A DNA stretch of 63,957 nt, the filler included, from Octopus bimaculoides (lineage: Eukaryota), in the NCBI RefSeq assembly GCF_001194135.2. It is 6 parts of 6 records of this genome, joined end to end, with 100 filler letters (N's around TTAATTAATTAA, not from the genome) between each part and the next. Parts side by side here need not be neighbours in the genome. Positions count along the whole stretch, not along the records: positions 23,023 to 39,820 come from NC_068982.1; 5 more parts are not named here. One strand, given 5' to 3'. Both the position numbers and the translations under genes were made by a program. Below the pieces are notes generated by a model. The model made no database searches and was not told where the DNA came from. It saw only the letters and a list, made by a program, of their open reading frames with translations. This document shows, piece after piece, positions 26,867-39,486 of this stretch. How positions within the stretch are numbered: position 1 is the first letter of the stretch; every line of letters begins with the position of its first letter.

Positions 26867-27057
26867 CATTTCTGTGGTTCCCCACTTCGCTTGATGTCTT
26901 CTGAGTTCTTGAATGGTACACTTAATCTGTCATCCTGTTTAACACCACCACCTAATTCTAGAGTGTCTTTAGTAGAATTTACTCTGTTGCAACCATCCAG
27001 AACAGCACCTTGATTTGAGGATAATCTCTTCTCTTTCTCCAACCTATGTTGGATTCC
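26867..27057 (-). CDS. Candidate host coding exon (191 nt, phase 0 to 2, or terminal with TAA at 26865-26863)
   Basis: TACTTAATTTTTGTAG acceptor; open frame GIQHRLEKEKRLSSNQGAVLDGCNRVNSTKDTLELGGGVKQDDRLSVPFKNSEDIKRSGEPQK; ATG|GTAAAT donor. No homologue recognised; could be TE-derived. Confidence 0.35.
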
Positions 27058-27749
27058 CTACAAAAATTAAGTATCATAGATGCTCTCTCTCCCACTCAGA
27101 TTAAATTGTAAAAAGTATATCCATTATAAACAAAGTAAAATAAAAAAAGAACCCCAGGAAAAACCATTGATTGACTCACGATTTGTCACTAAAATACCTC
27201 ATTGCCCTCCGTTCTCTGCCTTTTCTACTCCTGCTCTAATGGCCCCTCTTCCTCCTAGGTGGATTCTTTCATACCAACTCCCCTCATTCACACCTAACCC
27301 ACTCTGTACTCTTCTTTTTGTTATCCCCATTGGTTGTGCATCCAAACAACCCCCTCCCCACCTTAATTCCACACAAACACCTTAAAACTCAGTCTTCTCC
27401 AACCCCCACTCTCACCTCCGCACACCAACATTGATTCACTGGAATTCCTTACCCCACACAGTTTTCTTTTCTCTCCCCCCACCCCTTGCAATGGTCCACT
27501 TGTAACTGTTCAGGAAAACATGTTAAAACATTAACCTTAGTGAATATATTAGTCTCAAACGATCTACTAAGGCCAGAGTTGCAGACACTTCCTCCAAGTC
27601 AAAGTATTGTATGGACACAAGCTGACAAGGTCTTCTGGGCTGTTAATCACCCTGCTTGATATAGCAACTGAATTTCTTTTAGTTTACTCCATATAATAAA
27701 GCATCTTTCTGAGTAATACAGATTCAGGGGCCTGGTTTCTTAGTTTCCA

Positions 27750-27912
27750 TGATGCATACATTCTCTCACAGGTTTACTCACCTTTGTCAGATGAGAGGAG
27801 TGGAACAATGTGGAATGAAGTATTTTGCTCAAGAGCACAACATGTCATCCGGTGAGGAATTGAAACCACAATCTTAAAATCATGGGTCCAGCACCTTAAG
27901 CACTAAGCCACA
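27750..27912 (-). mobile_element. tRNA-derived SINE head, further subfamily
   Basis: Reverse complement GTGTGGCTTAGTGCTTAAGG...GGTTTCAATTCC...CTTGAGCAAAATACTTCATTCCAC. Confidence 0.6.
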
Positions 27913-28100
27913 CACTTCCACAGCTTACGCCACACCATCTTAGAAAAGGAAACACATTGGAAAATTTAGTTTTAGATTCAACAAGTCAATAAGATTCAAT
28001 AAGTAAAAAAAAAAAACAAGATTGTCCTGGCTAGAGTGATTTTGGTCTTGGGTCTCACTTGATCAGAGCTGACCTGGAATTAGCCAACAACAACTACATT

Positions 28101-28316
28101 CACGATGGGGTGCTGAAAAGTTCTTGGCTTTAAGAGTATTGCGGAAGGCCTGATTGGAGCCTAACCTTTTAAATTCTTTTACAAGGCTTGGGAGAACTGG
28201 AGGACCACTGCAATAAGTGTGTGAACCTGAGCGGAGTATATGTTGAATAGAATCAAGGATTAACAGATCTTCCTGTATTTTACCCAAATCAAGGAACTCT
28301 CCAGCACCCCCTCGTA
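28101..28316. mobile_element. Mariner-derived MITE
   Basis: Terminal inverted repeats CACGATGGGGTGCTGAAAAGTTCTTGG and CAAGGAACTCTCCAGCACCCCCTCGTA. Confidence 0.7.
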
Positions 28317-28347
28317 CAATAGCCATTGAGGGAACATTTGCCAGTAT

Positions 28348-28579
28348 TACTCTTTTACTCTTTTATTTGTTTCAGTCATTTGACTGTGGCCATGCTGGAG
28401 CACCGCCTTTAGTCAAGCAAATCAACCCCAGGACTTATTCTTTGTAAGCCTAGTACTTATTCTATTGGTCCTTTTGCCAAACCACTAAGTTACGGAGACA
28501 TAAACACACCAGCATCGGTTGTCAAGCAATGTTGGGGGACAAACACAGACACACAAACATACACTCACACACATACACA

Positions 28580-28627
<48 letters not shown>

Positions 28628-28803
28628 TATATATATACGACGGACTTCTTTCAGTTTCTGTCTACCAAATCCACTCACAAGGCTTTAGTCAGCCCGAGGC
28701 TATAGTAGAAGACACTTGCCCAAAGTGCCATGCAGTGGGACTGAACCCGGAACCAAGTGGTTGGTAAGCGAACTACTTACCACACAGCTACTTCTATGCC
28801 TAT
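28348..28803 (-). mobile_element. Full-length family A SINE
   Basis: Close reverse complement of 8436-8846. Confidence 0.9.
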
Positions 28804-29047
28804 TAGTATTAGAGAAATTTTGCTAGAAAAAGTATCAAAATTTCACTGAAATGTATTCTAATACTTTAAAAAAGGAAGAAAACATTGGATAATGTAATTC
28901 CAAATATACTGTATGTGAATAAAAGATTGGATGGTCATGGCTTGAATGCCTTTGATTCTAGATCTACTCAGTCAGGCTCAACCTAGGGCTAAACAATAAC
29001 AATAACTGTGTTTATGCAAGTCAATGAGGAAACAACAATAACAACAT

Positions 29048-29375
29048 TAGGAGCACTCAGCCAGTTACGGCAACAAGGGTCCCAGCTGATATGATCAAAG
29101 GAACAGCTTGCTCGTGAAATTAATGTGCAAGTGGCTGAGAATTCCACAGACACATGTACCCTTCTCATAGTTCTCAGGGAGATTCATCGTGACACATAAT
29201 GTGACAAGGCTGGCCCCTTTGAATTACAGGTACAACTCATTTTTGCCAGTTGAGTGAACTGAAGCAACGTGAAATAAAGTGTCTTGCTCAAGGACACAGC
29301 ACGTCATTGGGAATTGAACTCACAACCTACGGTCGTAAGCCAAATGCACTAACCACTAACCCACATGCCTTCACA
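29048..29375 (-). mobile_element. SINE with the family B 3' tail and a different head
   Basis: GCTTGCTCGTGAAATTAATGTGCAAGTGGCTGAG (B tail) joined to a TCTTGCTCAAGGACAC/GGAATTGAACTCAC head. Confidence 0.7.
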
Positions 29376-30151
29376 ACAACAGCCAACAACTCCGTATGTA
29401 TATCTTCAGCCAAAGAAATGTCTTCAATATTTCCAATCATTATTTATATCTCTGACTACTTAATCACGGGGATGGTCATGGCTGGAATACCAATGATATA
29501 AATTTGCTTGATCAGGGTTGACCTGGTGGATGAGTGAGAAAGGGCTACTGACAACTGTATTTACAATTCTCCTTCACTTCCAAGAGCTAGACAGATCAAT
29601 AATAGAAAACAGGAGATGTATGCAGAGTGTGTAGTAATACTAATACGATATTTCCATTTCATATTTGCTGCGCTGTTTATGAGCATAATATACTGTCATT
29701 TAAGCAGATGATGTTTATTCTGTACACTCTACTTCAGTAGCTGCTATACACCAACGTTAGAACAATGGATAATTGACGAGCAATGAATAAATGATGAGCA
29801 GATCTGTGGCTTACAGTTTTGGCATTAGATTCTTACTAAAGATATTTTGTTCTTTATGAGACACAGAAAGAAAGCATTCTGTAGTGTATTTATATATATG
29901 AGTTTTTCTTTTATTCTGATACAGAAATGGACTGCAAGATTGATTATAAACCCAGGAGTATTGGGCTATTTCTACAGACAGTTCTTAAGAAATTAAGATT
30001 AGTATTTTCCATCATAAATATTTGTTACCAATTAACTGATATTAAAGTTCTTGGTAATATAATGTGATATTATTGCTGTTGCATTTTATGTTTTTATGGA
30101 TTATATTACAGAAATTATCATATGTGTAATGAGAATTGATTTTCTTGTCAG

Positions 30152-30272
30152 GAAGCTTCTAACAGTGCAACTTGACCAGACATATGCTGAGAAAGTAGCT
30201 GACAGGAAAAGGCATTCAATAAGTATTTCTAGTCATAACCAATTTGTCTTTCAGGGAGATATTCAATCCTAA
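30152..30272 (+). CDS. Candidate terminal coding exon (phase 2)
   Basis: GATTTTCTTGTCAG acceptor, then KLLTVQLDQTYAEKVADRKRHSISISSHNQFVFQGDIQS*; short enough to occur by chance. Confidence 0.2.
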
Positions 30273-30309
30273 AATTAAGGGATGCTTTAAAATAAAGTGC
30301 TTAAAGTAT

Positions 30310-30900
30310 GCAAGGAGGAATTTCAACCATGTTTCATGGTCTGCTACCACAACAGCTCCTTTATAGGATCCAGTTAGCTCAAGACGTCATCAGGAGGAAC
30401 CATGTCCGGTTTCGGCCCCTACTCTTCTACCACTTTGATGTGGCGCCCCCACCCCTTTCGGAGGTATCATCAGCTCTAGTGTTGAGTGCATGTCTTCTTT
30501 CTTCTGTTCCCTGGCCTCTTTGATGCAGCATCAATGAGTATCAGTGGCCAACAGACTGTCTTGTCAAATTTCCCTTTAAATACCTGCTGCTAGGATCCAG
30601 CAGGCAGCCCCAGCAAGTTGTCACATGACACTGTCCAAACTTTAACTGACCAATGGAGGGCACGTAATCTTAGCCCACGCATTCTCTAACCTAGACCGTC
30701 ACCTGTCAATCAGCGAAACCATTTCAGTGTCAGCCTGTCTCACCTAGTGATGTTATTTTCCTGCTGGTATGTTATGACTTCCAAGCCATTTTTGGTCTCC
30801 CCACTTCAGCCATATATAGAAGCTGGCTTTTTCGACCGCCTCCTGTATTCTCCTTATTAGTTTTCTCAGAAAATGCAAAATTGTAAAATTTATCTGAGGT
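30310..30900 (-). mobile_element. C-terminus of an RLE-type LINE (R2/Hero-like) followed by a pLTR/3'UTR-like segment with hammerhead-core remnants
   Basis: Translation RRIQEAVEKASFYIWLKWGD resembles the EAAEKASxWxWxKR ending of Hero-like ORFs; downstream TATTTAAAGGG and two CTGATGA...GAAAC motifs. Confidence 0.5.
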
Positions 30901-30999
30901 TTGTTTTTTAAGGCAGTTTTAACTCTGACAGTGAAGTGGTCAAGTAATGCCATAAAAGTCCCCTCCACAGCTTGCTTCCAAACCTAATGGTATTCTTTC

Positions 31000-31225
31000 A
31001 CTCTTTCATTTACTCTGTTACTCTTTTAACTGCTTCAGCCATTAGACTGTGGCCATGCTGGGGCACCACCTTGAAGAGTTTAGTCAATCAAGTCATCCCT
31101 TATACTTACAGTCTGGTACTTAACCTAACAGTCTGTTTATTATTGAATTGCTATGTTAGAGGGACATAAACAAACTAACACCATTTGTCTATCTGTGAGA
31201 GACAAACACACAGAGAAAGACACAC
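31000..31225 (-). mobile_element. Family A SINE 3' fragment
   Basis: TTAGACTGTGGCCATGCTGGGGCACC...CTGGTACTTA...GGACATAAACAAAC. Confidence 0.6.
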
Positions 31226-31448
31226 ACATCATACTCTTGCTCTTCATCCCCCCATCCATCTTTACTTTTGGTCACCCCCTTACTGACACCACCCCACACA
31301 TAACCCCCACCTTTTTCCCAGCCACTTGTTCCTTCCTCTCTTTCACACACCTTCTGTTCCTTCAGATGTTCTTGTTTTCTGTCTGTTTGTCTTTTCTTTT
31401 CTCTCTCTAATTCCACCCTTCATTCACTTAAATAAATGTACCCTAAAT

Positions 31449-31965
31449 CAGTAGTTCTCAACCATTGTTCATGTTGACCCCTAGTGGTCCATATAAGATT
31501 TTTGAGGGTTTACATTTGCAAAATAGTAAATCAAGGACTCGCAGTAGCATTCTAAGGGTCCATGTAAGAATTTTGCTTTCAATGTATTTTATGTAAATAT
31601 TTTAAGGGTCCACGTAAAAACTTTGCTTTCAATGTATTTATTGTAGGAAATTGCTACATTTCTTTCTCTAACATTTTAAATTTTAACATGTTTCCAGCCA
31701 GAGTGTATTATTGCAAACCTGTACAAGTGAATGGGTGAAAAACAAAATAGGAATTTTGAAAGAAGTATCTACAACGGTGGTGCTCAAGTATGACCGCAGC
31801 TTTAAAGATGAAATATTTTAAAATAGTTTCAAATAGTTATAAAACTAGTTTTTAAACATGGAATGACTAAGGGGTCCACAAGAATAAAATGATAAACAAA
31901 GGGGTCCACAAGAATAAAATAATAAGCAACAGGGTCCATAAGTAAAAAACGGTTGGGAACCACAG
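31449..31965. mobile_element. hAT (Charlie/Tip100-like) MITE
   Basis: TIRs CAGTAGTTCTCAACC and GGTTGGGAACCACAG; imperfect 8-bp TSD CCCTAAAT/TCTTAAAT; repeated subterminal GGGTCCA motifs. Confidence 0.75.
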
Positions 31966-32089
31966 TCTTAAATTATTAAATACTCTCTTTACCTACATTT
32001 ACACCCCTATTCTCACCTCTCAAATACCCATTTCTGACCTTTCCTCTCATCATTATTGCTTCTCACTTCTTGCCTTAATCTCTAAGCTT

Positions 32090-32940
32090 TAGGTTAATAT
32101 ATATGTGGCTGAGCATTATCCTGCTGGAAGAACACCTTTCATCTTCAAACTAAAGATGGTAATTTTTCTTCTAGTGCTGACTTAAGCCAGTTTAGCTGCT
32201 CACAGTAGATCTCCTTTATCGTTTGATTTGTGTTTAAAAGTTCAAAATGGACTAAACCTTTCATGTCCCACCACATGAAGACCTTCTTTAGCCTGGGGTT
32301 CCAGTGTTTCTCCTTTCCCTACTCTCTGTCTTCAGCACTTGACATTTTTATAGAGAACTCATTTCTTGTCACCGCTATTTAGTTAAAAAAAGGTTCATTC
32401 ATGAGCAAAGAAGAGCATACATTTACCCCCTGCCCATTGACCCAATTTGCTGACTTTTCTGATGGCATGTAGGTGTTGATGAATGGTAGAATGACCAAAT
32501 CTAAACTTCTCTGATAGTTCCTCGACAGTTAGGGTTTGCAGAACATCTTCATCGAGCTCTACAGATCTTCCAGGATGAGGCTTGTCTTCTAGGCTGTAGT
32601 TTCCGGCTTGGAATATTTGGAACCACTGTTGATACTGGTTTATTGTCCAATCTCCATATACTGCATTAATATTCTTCGCACTTTCTGTTGTGTTGTTGGT
32701 TTTATTGAACATATAAAGCAAAATATGCTGAATATGCTCCTTTGTTACTTCCATTATAGCTTTGAATAAATAACTATTAAAATCAAACTGCACTCTTCAA
32801 AACTTGCACTAAGAATAAGGGCAAGGTAAAGTTACTACCTGCTTTTATAGCAAGTTGATACAGGTTGTTTATCTCATCCCCCTCCAACTTTTAGTTCATG
32901 TAATTTCAAGAATCACGTTATTTATGGGCTGACCCAATAC
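32090..32940 (-). mobile_element. Internally deleted mariner transposon
   Basis: ORF 32395-32793 (MEVTKEHIQHILLY...QWFQIFQAGNYSLEDKPHPGRS, mariner HTH region), QQDNAQPH motif near 32110, TIR TATTGGGTCAGCCCATAAAT at the 5' end. Confidence 0.85.
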
Positions 32941-33600
32941 TTCCAAGTTTCTTCATTCACAATGGAAATATCACTTCCAGTATCTAACTGCATTTTTACT
33001 CTTATATTTTCAATTCACACATTTACAAATTTCCTCTTTGTCGCATTACCATTTTCTTTCAATGACATCTTGTTTACTCTTTTTTCTTTGTCCCAACATT
33101 TTATCAGGGCACTTTTATATATCCAAATTTTTCCACAACAGAAACATCCCACTTTCTTAAAGGGACAGTTTTTTCTTAGGTATAGACCTCCACATCCAAA
33201 ACAAGGGTTTGTTTCCTAACTTTTGTCCTGTTTTTACTGTATTTTAGTACAAACATGATTTCTATTCTGCCTGTTTTGCACTTGTTTCACTTGGGAGCAA
33301 TCTTTATGTTCAATTTTCTCTGTGTCGTGTCTTCGATTTACTACTCTTTCACACTCTTCTGACACTTGTGCTAAGGTTACAGCCTGGCTGTGTTCCAGTT
33401 TAGCAAGGATTCTTGTTCTTACTTATGCGCTTTTTTCTGCCATTAGCCTCTGAGTAAATATCAGGCACTTGAACATGTCTGGCATTCACTCATCCAGTTT
33501 GAACTTTTTACATTCTCTGTTAACTCTACCAGTATCTGTGATGTAGTCCTCCTCGTTGTTCTTTCCTAAATTCAAACATTTCCAGAATGTATTGAACAAC
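32941..33600 (-). mobile_element. Ty3/Gypsy gag-protease remnant
   Basis: RVNRECKKFKL..MFKCLIF, zinc-knuckle-like PCFGCGGLYLRKNCP and CFCCGK, aspartic protease motif KMQLDTGSDISIVNEETWK. Confidence 0.8.
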
Positions 33601-33693
33601 AAACTGAACAACGTATGCATGTATATATATATATATGTACGTATATATATCATCATCACCATCATCATTGTTTAACATCCGCTTTCCATGCTA

Positions 33694-33737
<44 letters not shown>

Positions 33738-33764
33738 ATGTATATATATATATATATTTAATGA

Positions 33765-33962
33765 GCACTCCGTCGGTTACAACGAGGGTCCCAGCTGATA
33801 CGATCAACAGAACAGCTTGGTCGAGAAATTAACATGGAAGTGGCTGAGCAATCCACAGACACGTGTACCCTTAACATAGTTCTCGGGGATATTCAGCATG
33901 ACACAGTGTGACAAGGCCGGCCCTTTGAAATACACGTACTACTCATTTTTGCCAGCTGAGTG
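33765..33962 (-). mobile_element. Family B SINE 3' tail
   Basis: GCACTCCGTCGGTTACAAC...AATTAACATGGAAGTGGCTGAGCAATCCACAGACACGTGTACCC. Confidence 0.75.
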
Positions 33963-34999
33963 GACATATATATATATTTATATATGTATGTATATATANN
34001 NNNNNNNNNNNNNNNNNNNNNNNNNNNNNNNNNNNNNNNNNNNNNNNNNNNNNNNNNNTATATATTTATATATACATACATATATACATGCATGCATGTA
34101 TGCATACATACATGGATACATGCATGCATATATACATATATACATATAAACACACACACACACATATATATATATATGTATGTATGTATGTATTACATCT
34201 TAAGTACCTACAACATTTTTCATTACTTGAAATGGTGCCAAGACTGCTATCATTCTTAGAGTATTATTTCCAGCTATCAAAGCCATGATGGTGACAACTT
34301 CCCGAGTTTATTATTATTGCTCCATCGTCTTTTTTGTTAAATGATTATAGCTTATTTAGGCTCTCAACGTATTATTAAAGTTTATCAATTCTTTGATTTA
34401 TATACTCAATGGCAGCATCGCTAGACACATTTTATATAACCATGTAGTATCGTTTTGTTTGATATCAATATTAAAATGCCATATTAGATTATATGGAAAC
34501 TACGCATCTATTTCCCATGGGAGATATTAATTTTGCCATTTTCTTTGATATAATATTAACAGTTATTTGATGTGGGTTTTCTAACATTGCATTTTTTATT
34601 GTATTTTTTGTTATTATTATTATTTTTTTTTTGTAAGTAGTGGATGTGTTGATGAATAATATTATTATATATTACAATAGACTAAACTACTTAAATTTTC
34701 CAACTTTTAGATGTTTCATGAATGATAAAATAGAATGATAAAACTAACCAACAAGTTATTTTCCTGAAATATTTACATCTTCACTTCAAAATATTCATAT
34801 TATTTTCAGACTGATATTACCCAGAATTGATATTCTAATCTAATATCAAAGAATTTGTCAATTTTCTGAAATTTCTTCAGTGTAATTTTCTAGTTTACCA
34901 AATACAATAGCTACGTTATTATTGGAAGACATTCATTGGTTTCTTTACCAAAAATTTCATTTTTGATGGGGTTATTTTTTATTTGTCTTTTATCTTTTA

Positions 35000-35525
35000 C
35001 CTTTTACTTGTTTCAGTCATTAGACTGTGGCCATTCTGGGGCACTGTCTTGAAGAATTTTTAGTTGAACAAATTCACCCCCCATCATGTACTTCTTTTTT
35101 TCTTTTTTGTTTTAAAGCCTGGTACTTCTTTTATCACTCTCTTTAGCTGAAATAATGCTAAGTTATGGGGGTCATAAACACACTGACGCCGGTTGTCAAG
35201 TGATAGTGGGAAACAAACACAGATATAGAGATATACACACACTCATACATACATACATACATACATACATACATACATGCACACACACGCACATACATGC
35301 ACACACACGCACGCACACGCACACACACGCACATATACATGCATACACACATACACACATATTTACATGAGAGGCTTTGTTCAGTTTTCATCTACCAAAT
35401 CCACTGACAAGGTTTAGATCAGCCTGAACTTATATCAGAAGACACTTGTGCAAGGTGCCACGCAGTGGGACTGAACCTGGAACCATGTGATTGGGAAGTA
35501 AACTTCATACCAAGCAGCCATGCCT
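35000..35525 (-). mobile_element. Family A SINE
   Basis: Reverse-complement head (CAAGGTGCCACGCAGTGGGACTGAACCTGGAACCATGTG) and tail with internal microsatellite. Confidence 0.8.
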
Positions 35526-36839
35526 GTTGTGACTTTTGTTTCATTTTTATCCTTCATTTGTGTGTGCCATGTATTGGCTGGTTCCTTTCTCTCTCTGAAA
35601 TTCTCTTTAGAGACTTTTGTCTACTACAGTAATGAATTCTTACAAAGACAGAAGATTTCAAAAATTTTGTGGGAAGATCAGTCACTTAGATCATTCCAAT
35701 TTAGTATATTAACCCCCAAAAGAACGTAAACCAAAGTTGACATTGTAAAGCTGACCTTTGCCCTTACCAAACATTCCCTTACTGACACCAGCCCCAAATA
35801 TCCCTGACTTTCCCCACCAGAATCTTGTTTTTTTTTTTTTGTCTCCCACTCATTCTGGTCCTTCTGTTATCCTTGTTCTCTGTCTGTTTCTCTGGTATTG
35901 TTGTCTTTTGATACCAAACAGCCCAAGACTGCCTATGACTCCATGATAAAAAAACTTTCTTGTTTTAAAGCTATCTAAATTAAAACCCATCAACATTCTT
36001 TATTAATTTACATTCCGAACACCAGCTTAATAACAAACTAGTTATATTAAATTCTTCATTATTTTTTAAATTAATTCTAACAATGGTTGTGTATTTCATC
36101 AGAAATATAATAACAAAAGGGTTAATATCAGGTTAGACCTTGTCAAACAGCTCAACCATCAAAGATAATCTAGATGTGACCACCTTATCTTTTATATTTC
36201 AGAAATAGAATGCATTTGACAACAATATTAAATATACTTGCTTTGATCTTGAAAGTCAAAGTTGACCTTTGAACTCCGGAGTTGGAATGAATACTACAAG
36301 GTATTTTTCTCAAAACATTAATGATTTTACCAATCTGTCTCTGACATTTTTGTATTTTACAAGAAGGATTTCAAACAAGTTACAAATTTCCAAATTTTTG
36401 TGGCTAAAGGAAGAGTCAGTTATAATGACACCAGTAAATAATGAGTTCTAAGGTATTTTAACACCTTAGAAGGAATGAAAGGTAGGGTCACATTTGGTGG
36501 GATTTGAAGTCAGATAATAAAAAACTGAAACCAAATACCACAAGGCACTCTACTCATTCTGTCAATCTGCCAGCCTCATCATTCTTAATAATGTTGGATT
36601 TTGTTTGTTAAATGATTTTTAAGAAATAATTTATGAACACAGAGCAAGTATAGCTGTATGGTTAAGAAGCATGCTTCACAACCACATGATTTTAGGTTCA
36701 GTTCCACTGCATGGCACCTGAGACAAGTGTCATCTACTACAACCTTGGTTAACCCGATATCTTGCGAAGGATTCACAAGATACAAAAGAAGTTTTGTCCC
36801 ATTTTAACTCTGCGTGCATCTTAAATCCTTTCTACTGTA

Positions 36840-37015
36840 GACACAAGGCCTGAAATTTGGGAGCAGAGAGTACGACATTTACATAAGCCCCCAATGCTCA
36901 ACTGGTACTTATTTCATTAACCCTGAAAGAATAAACAGTAAAGTCGACCTCAGTGAAATTTGAACTCAGAATGCAGCCTGGCATGTTAAAGAATCTGCCA
37001 GCTAGCTGCCTTATG
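36840..37015 (-). mobile_element. Family C SINE
   Basis: CACAAGGCCTGAAATTTGGG...CAACTGGTACTTATTT...AAAGTCGACCTCAGTGAAATTTGAACTCAG. Confidence 0.7.
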
Positions 37016-37462
37016 CCTGCACCTTAGATCAAATTAATGTTTTGGTCCTAAGGATTAAATGGTTTAATTCTTTTTATATATATATACTGGTTATTAGAGA
37101 CTTATATTAACTGGTAATTGCAGAACTGGGTGCAGATTTAGGGATTCCCAACCCAGATATATTTTGCTACCTTACTTCAATATCTCTGAGACTTTGTTTC
37201 ATGGTATGTTTTACTTACTTTTCAGCCTGTGTGCTGTCTTCATTCTTTGCGACCTCTATATTTCCTAAGCCCAAAGAAAAACCCTTTATCAAGTCACTTC
37301 AACTGCTAAAAATAGCAGCCAAATCTCCCTAAAATTACATCCTACTTGAAGTATGTGCCACGACATTCTTTCATACTTTACTTGTTTAATCTATTGGATT
37401 CCGCCCATGCTGGAGCACAATCTTGATGGGGTTTTGTCAATTAAATCATCACAAGTATTATT

Positions 37463-38052
37463 TTAATCTTTTAGCATTCAGAATTTTTTTTAATTTAAAA
37501 AAAAAATTTTGTCTTGCAAGTGCTTGGTGACCCTGTCAGTGCAGGTGCCACTTAAAAGCACCCAGTCAACACTGTAAAGTGGTTGGCATTTGGAAGGGCA
37601 TCCAGCTGTAAAAACCTTGCCAAAACTGATCTTGCCTGTGCTTGTGCCCATAAAAAACACTACTCACCTCACCTGTGTTTGTGCCACATAAAAAGCACTA
37701 AGTCCACTCTGCTGAGTGGTTGGTGTTAAGAAGGGCATCCAGCTGTAAAAATCCTGCTGAAACAATCACAGAAGTCTGGTGCAGGCTTCGGCCTGGCCAG
37801 CTCTTGAGGTACTGTCCACCCATGCAAGCATCGAACACAGACATTAAACGATGATGATTATTCCGTCAAGCATAATGCTTATTATTCCCATTGTTTTTAA
37901 TTAACCATACCTTTAAAATTTCGAGGATGGGAGTGTTTATTTTTAGAATGGTGTTGTAGGGTAAGTGTGAGAGGTAGGGTCTGGCTAGTTTGAGCATAAA
38001 ACAAGTAGAATATTTTGGCTGGTTATGGCCAATTTAAATGCTAAAGGGTTAA
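37463..38052. mobile_element. piggyBac-like MITE split by a family D insertion (~37505-37860)
   Basis: TTAA-TCTTTTAGCATT left end and AATGCTAAAGGG-TTAA right end. Confidence 0.65.
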
Positions 38053-38224
38053 GTCTAGTACTTATTCCATCAATCATTCTTTGCCAAACTGCTAATTTAT
38101 GGAATCATCTTATATTTTGTAGTATTTCCAAATCCCAGAGTGTGGGATGCTATCAAAAGTTACTTTTTTTCTAGAGTTAATCCATGCTATTCTGAGATAT
38201 TTTGTTATTTACCTGCTCTCCTTA

Positions 38225-39130
38225 ATATCATTGATTGTCATGAGGTTTGGTCTTTATAAGCCAAGCACCCCTTTATAAAATGTTCTCTGCTGTTTTGATA
38301 TGATTTTGTGTTTTCCTAGTGTGAAAAACTGTTTGCCAGAAAGTACAGATATCAATGTTTTATACATTATTGATAGACAGGTGATCAGTTGATAATAATT
38401 CTTAGGCTGATGGTGTCTAGATTTTGGTAGATACAAGTTACTTTGATTTCCATTAACCAGCCTCTCATATTATTTGTGATTGTTCCAACTGAATGTTAAA
38501 AAGTCTTACAAGAACTTTGGGTGTGTTTATATGATATTTCAACCAAACGTTTGGCACTCTATCAGTTTCAGTCGATTCCATTTTGGTATTCTGGTTCTTT
38601 AATTTTTATCTATTTTTATATATATATTTTTTTCCTTCTCTTTTGTTGAGTTTCCTCTGTAATCCATACTGCCTTTTCGCCGTAACTGACTGCTGCTTTT
38701 CTTCCATATGTCTTCTCAATATTTCTTTATTTCTGGTTTTGTTGGTGATTCTTTAATCTTTATGTTTGACTTATTTAATCTTCTATAGAATGTTCTGGGT
38801 TTTCTTTCAAATAGTTCATTATGTTTAAAGAAGCATTCATGCCTCTCAAATTGCTTAATATGTTGTGTCTTTCCTGATATTTCTTGTCTTTCTCATTCTC
38901 TCTCTCTCTCTCTCTATCCATCTATCCATCTATCTATCTGCCTATCTCTTTCCTTCTGTGACTTCTTTTCCTTGATGTGATATTGTATTTTCTTAATATA
39001 TATTATTTTGCTTCCATATTCTAATATTTGAGTTTCCTGTATGCTGTTTACTCAGTATTGATAGATTCCTAGTATCTTCCTTTATTTGCATTTTTTTTTC
39101 TTCATGTCGCTATTATGGGTTTGTGTGAAT
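38225..39130 (-). mobile_element. Old R4/Dong-like LINE fragment (pre-RT and start of RT)
   Basis: ORF 38254-38436 (PKNYYQLITCLSIMYKTLISVLS) corresponds to PQNYRPITCLTTIYKAFT at ~46740. Confidence 0.7.
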
Positions 39131-39486
39131 ATTCATTTGTCTTCTCAAGAATGTGTCTTCATATATTTTTTTTTATATATATAGTCACAGTAACAGAATA
39201 AATGAATTAGTTTACAAGTGAAGGGAAGAGAATCTATATGTTCTTTCAGCCTGCTAAAAATAATAACTATTTTGTAAATTGTCCCATGTAATGCTTGCTT
39301 CATCCATTACCCTTGTGACAAATAAAAGAAATTATTTCATTCAATTTCATTGCAAGCTCCCAATACTTTTTGTAATTTTTCCTCATTCATCACTTTTATT
39401 GTAATAATAAATTTTAATTAATATTATAATTATCATTGTTGTTGTTGTTGTTATTGTTGTTGTTATTATTATTATTATTATTATTA

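Noticed and set aside
33486-33668. Exon-like ORF NTFWKCLNLGKNNEEDYITDTGRVNRECKKFKLDE with a splice-like end
   Set aside because: Continues into Gypsy gag zinc knuckles and an LDTGS protease; TE-derived.
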